Source: Burkholderiales bacterium (lineage in GTDB: Bacteria; Pseudomonadota; Gammaproteobacteria; Burkholderiales; CAIKXV01). From it: a stretch of 27,053 bases of DNA. A model generated the notes under the pieces. The model saw nothing but the letters and a program-made list of their open reading frames with translations, was not told the origin of the DNA and did not search any database. The stretch is taken from assembly GCA_044351195.1 (NCBI GenBank), contig JBILGF010000001.1:1-27053 (forward strand), written 5' to 3'. Below are positions 25,025 through 27,053 of the stretch, piece by piece. A program made the translations under genes and the position numbers. Position 1 is the stretch's first letter; the number at the start of each line of letters is the position of its first letter.

Positions 25025-25456
25025 TCAGGCGAACAGGTGGCGGACGAGGAACACCGTGACGAACCCGGCGCCCATGAAAGTGAGGGTCGCGACCAGCGAG
25101 CGCAGCGACAGGCGGGACAGCCCGCATACGCCGTGTCCGCTGGTGCAGCCGGACGCGTATCGGGTACCGATGCCGACCAGGAGGCCGGCGGCCACCAGCG
25201 CGCCATACGACGCATCGATCTGCACCTGCGGGACAGGCGACAGCAACAGCCAGGCGATCGGTGCCGCCACCAGGCCGGCCACGAACGCTGCGCGCCAGCC
25301 GATGTCGCTGCGCACGGGCACGAGCAGCCCGCCGACCACCCCGCTGATGCCGGCGATGCGGCCGTTGAAGAACAGGAGGATCGCCGCGGCCAGTCCGATC
25401 AGCACGCCACCGGCGGCAGCGGTGGCCGGGGTGAATGAATTCCAGTCGATGCCCAT
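25025..25456 (-). CDS. YeeE/YedE family sulfur-compound transporter subunit
   Basis: GGVLIGLAA, GRIAGISG, GLLVGIGTRYASGCTSGHGVCGLSRLS. Confidence 0.93.
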   Translation of the reverse strand: MGIDWNSFTPATAAAGGVLIGLAAAILLFFNGRIAGISGVVGGLLVPVRSDIGWRAAFVAGLVAAPIAWLLLSPVPQVQIDASYGALVAAGLLVGIGTRYASGCTSGHGVCGLSRLSLRSLVATLTFMGAGFVTVFLVRHLFA

Positions 25457-25460
25457 GGCT

Positions 25461-25775
25461 TCAGTCCTTCGGACAGTAGAGCGTGTACAGAACCTTGAGG
25501 ATCTCCAGCATCGCCGGATCGGCGACGCGGTAGTGGATCTGCTTGCCGTCGCGCCGGGTGCTCACCACGCCTTCGTTGCGCAGCACGCCCAGTTGCTGCG
25601 ACAGCGTCGGCTGGCGGATGCCCAGCGCTTCCTCGAGTTCGCCGACGCAGGCTTCGCCCTGCGACAGCTGGCACATCAGCAGCAGCCGATCTTCGTTGGC
25701 GAGCACCTTGAGTGCGGACACCGCCTTGCCCGCAGCGGCGCGCAGTACGGCGGGATCGATGGCGGTTTTCTGCAT
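25461..25775 (-). CDS. bigR: BigR-like persulfide-sensing ArsR/SmtB repressor
   Basis: LANEDRLLLMCQL, VGELE, QPTLSQQLGVLR, LYTLYC; Cys35 and Cys101 are 66 residues apart as for Xylella BigR Cys42/Cys108. Confidence 0.88.
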   Translation of the reverse strand: MQKTAIDPAVLRAAAGKAVSALKVLANEDRLLLMCQLSQGEACVGELEEALGIRQPTLSQQLGVLRNEGVVSTRRDGKQIHYRVADPAMLEILKVLYTLYCPKD

Positions 25776-25790
25776 GGCAAATGGCCGAAA

Positions 25791-25836
25791 GCTTTCAATA
25801 TACTGAACAATAAAATATATCTAGATAGAATGTCAA
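25791..25836 (-). promoter_or_regulatory. Sigma70 promoter with overlapping AT-rich candidate operator for the bigR operon
   Basis: Minus strand TTGACA (25836-31), 18-nt spacer, TATTGT (25812-07); palindrome TATCTAGATA (25818-27); ATATACT-N9-AATATAT; most conspicuous AT-rich island in the window. Confidence 0.65.
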
Positions 25837-25974
25837 CTGGTACCGACGTCTGTTCGTCCTGTCGTTCTCCTCCCCCACGGCTCCCCCGCCATTTCTCCAT
25901 CCCCCCGCTTGCGCGCCGCGCCGCTAACCCGGAACATCCGGCCCTCCCCACCCGCGGCCGCGAAGGCACATCGC

Positions 25975-27053
25975 ATGAGCAGCAGACCCGGCCGTAACGA
26001 ACCCTGTCCCTGCGGCAGCGGGCGCAAGTTCAAGCTCTGCCACGGGCGCGATCCGGCACCGGACGAGGCTGGCGACGGCTCTCACGCGGGTGCCGTGCGC
26101 CGGGCGCTCGACTGGATCGGCAACCGTCACCGCAAGACGCTCGAGCGCGAGACGACCGACCTGCTGTTCGAAGACCTCTGGCCCGAGGACGGGCCGCATC
26201 CCGAGGATGTCGATCCACAGCTGATGCAGCAGATCCTGGTCAACGTCAACGAGTGGATGCTCGCTGCCGGCGCGATCGAGATCGGCAGGCAGGTGCAGCC
26301 GCTCAATGCGCTGGTGCTGGCCGAGGGCGGCCCGCCGTTCAACCCGGCGCAGCGCGCGTTCGTGCGCCAGCTCGGCAGCCAGCCGCTGGGCCTCTACTAC
26401 GTGACCGACGTGACTGCGCGCGAGGGTGTCACCCTGGTCGATGCGCTGGACCCGGGCGCGACACCGGTGTTCGTGCATGACGTCGCCCTGTCCGATTCCG
26501 CCGATCCCGGCCTGCTGCTGGGCTGCCGTGTGCTGAGCCTGGGCGACCGGTACGAACTGTCCGGTGCGGTGTATCCGTTCCCGGAACTCGGTGCAGGCCA
26601 TGCGATCGACGGGGTGCGCGAGCACCTCGCGCACGAGGATATCCCGCCCGAGGAGCGCATCTACGAGCAGGGCTGGGCGATCATGGCGATCTGGCTCGAT
26701 CATGTGCTGATCCCGGTTGATCCGTCAGAGTTGCGCGACGAGGCGACCGGTGAACCGCTGCTGTTCGTTACCGACCACTACCGGGTGGTCGATGCGGCGG
26801 CGTTGAATACCGCACTGGACAGCTGCACGGAACTGGAGCCGGACGGCGATGGTGGCTGGACGCGGCTGTCGGCGGGTGCCGACGGCGTGACACGCGCGAC
26901 GCTGCAGGTGCATCCCGGCAAGGTCGCCTCGCGGCTCGAGGTGTTCTATCGCACCGAGGCGCTGGCCGACGCCGGCCGGCCGTGGTTCGAGGCGCTGGCC
27001 GGTGCAGCGGTGAAGCACCTGAGCCGCGACCGCGCCGATCCGCTCGACACGCT
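25975..27053 (+). CDS. SEC-C motif-containing protein (3' partial)
   Basis: Absent from the track (no stop). Reads MSSRPGRNEPCPCGSGRKFKLCHG and stays open for 359 codons to the window edge with GC3-rich codon use. Confidence 0.9.
   Translation, partial: MSSRPGRNEPCPCGSGRKFKLCHGRDPAPDEAGDGSHAGAVRRALDWIGNRHRKTLERETTDLLFEDLWPEDGPHPEDVDPQLMQQILVNVNEWMLAAGAIEIGRQVQPLNALVLAEGGPPFNPAQRAFVRQLGSQPLGLYYVTDVTAREGVTLVDALDPGATPVFVHDVALSDSADPGLLLGCRVLSLGDRYELSGAVYPFPELGAGHAIDGVREHLAHEDIPPEERIYEQGWAIMAIWLDHVLIPVDPSELRDEATGEPLLFVTDHYRVVDAAALNTALDSCTELEPDGDGGWTRLSAGADGVTRATLQVHPGKVASRLEVFYRTEALADAGRPWFEALAGAAVKHLSRDRADPLDT

Overview
High-GC (roughly 68-70% by eye) bacterial window, most consistent with a Betaproteobacterium (Burkholderiales-like; inference from the Bug/TctC expansion). 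About 1-18.8 kb is a catabolic/uptake patchwork: nine Bug/TctC substrate-binding protein genes (one partial), no TctA/TctB, interleaved with a CDA-fold deaminase, MmgE/PrpD protein, a metal-ligand-deficient M24-fold enzyme, two alpha/beta hydrolases, a cupin, an acyl-CoA dehydrogenase, a SAM methyltransferase and an M20 peptidase. An SbcD/SbcC-like (YhaO/YhaN-type) nuclease-ATPase pair follows, ending in a 13-bp tandem repeat. Convergent on it is a five-gene minus-strand sulfur cassette: BigR-like regulator, split YeeE/YedE pair, Tat-signal type II SQR-like flavoprotein and a small 3-TM protein, with no persulfide dioxygenase. A partial SEC-C protein ends the window. Intergenic DNA holds probable gene remnants (cupin C-terminus, Bug C-terminus), REP-like palindromes and several hairpins. 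No rRNA, tRNA, CRISPR array or transposase was seen. Many starts in the ORF track were shortened using RBS and family N-termini. All family calls are from motif recognition, not database searches.
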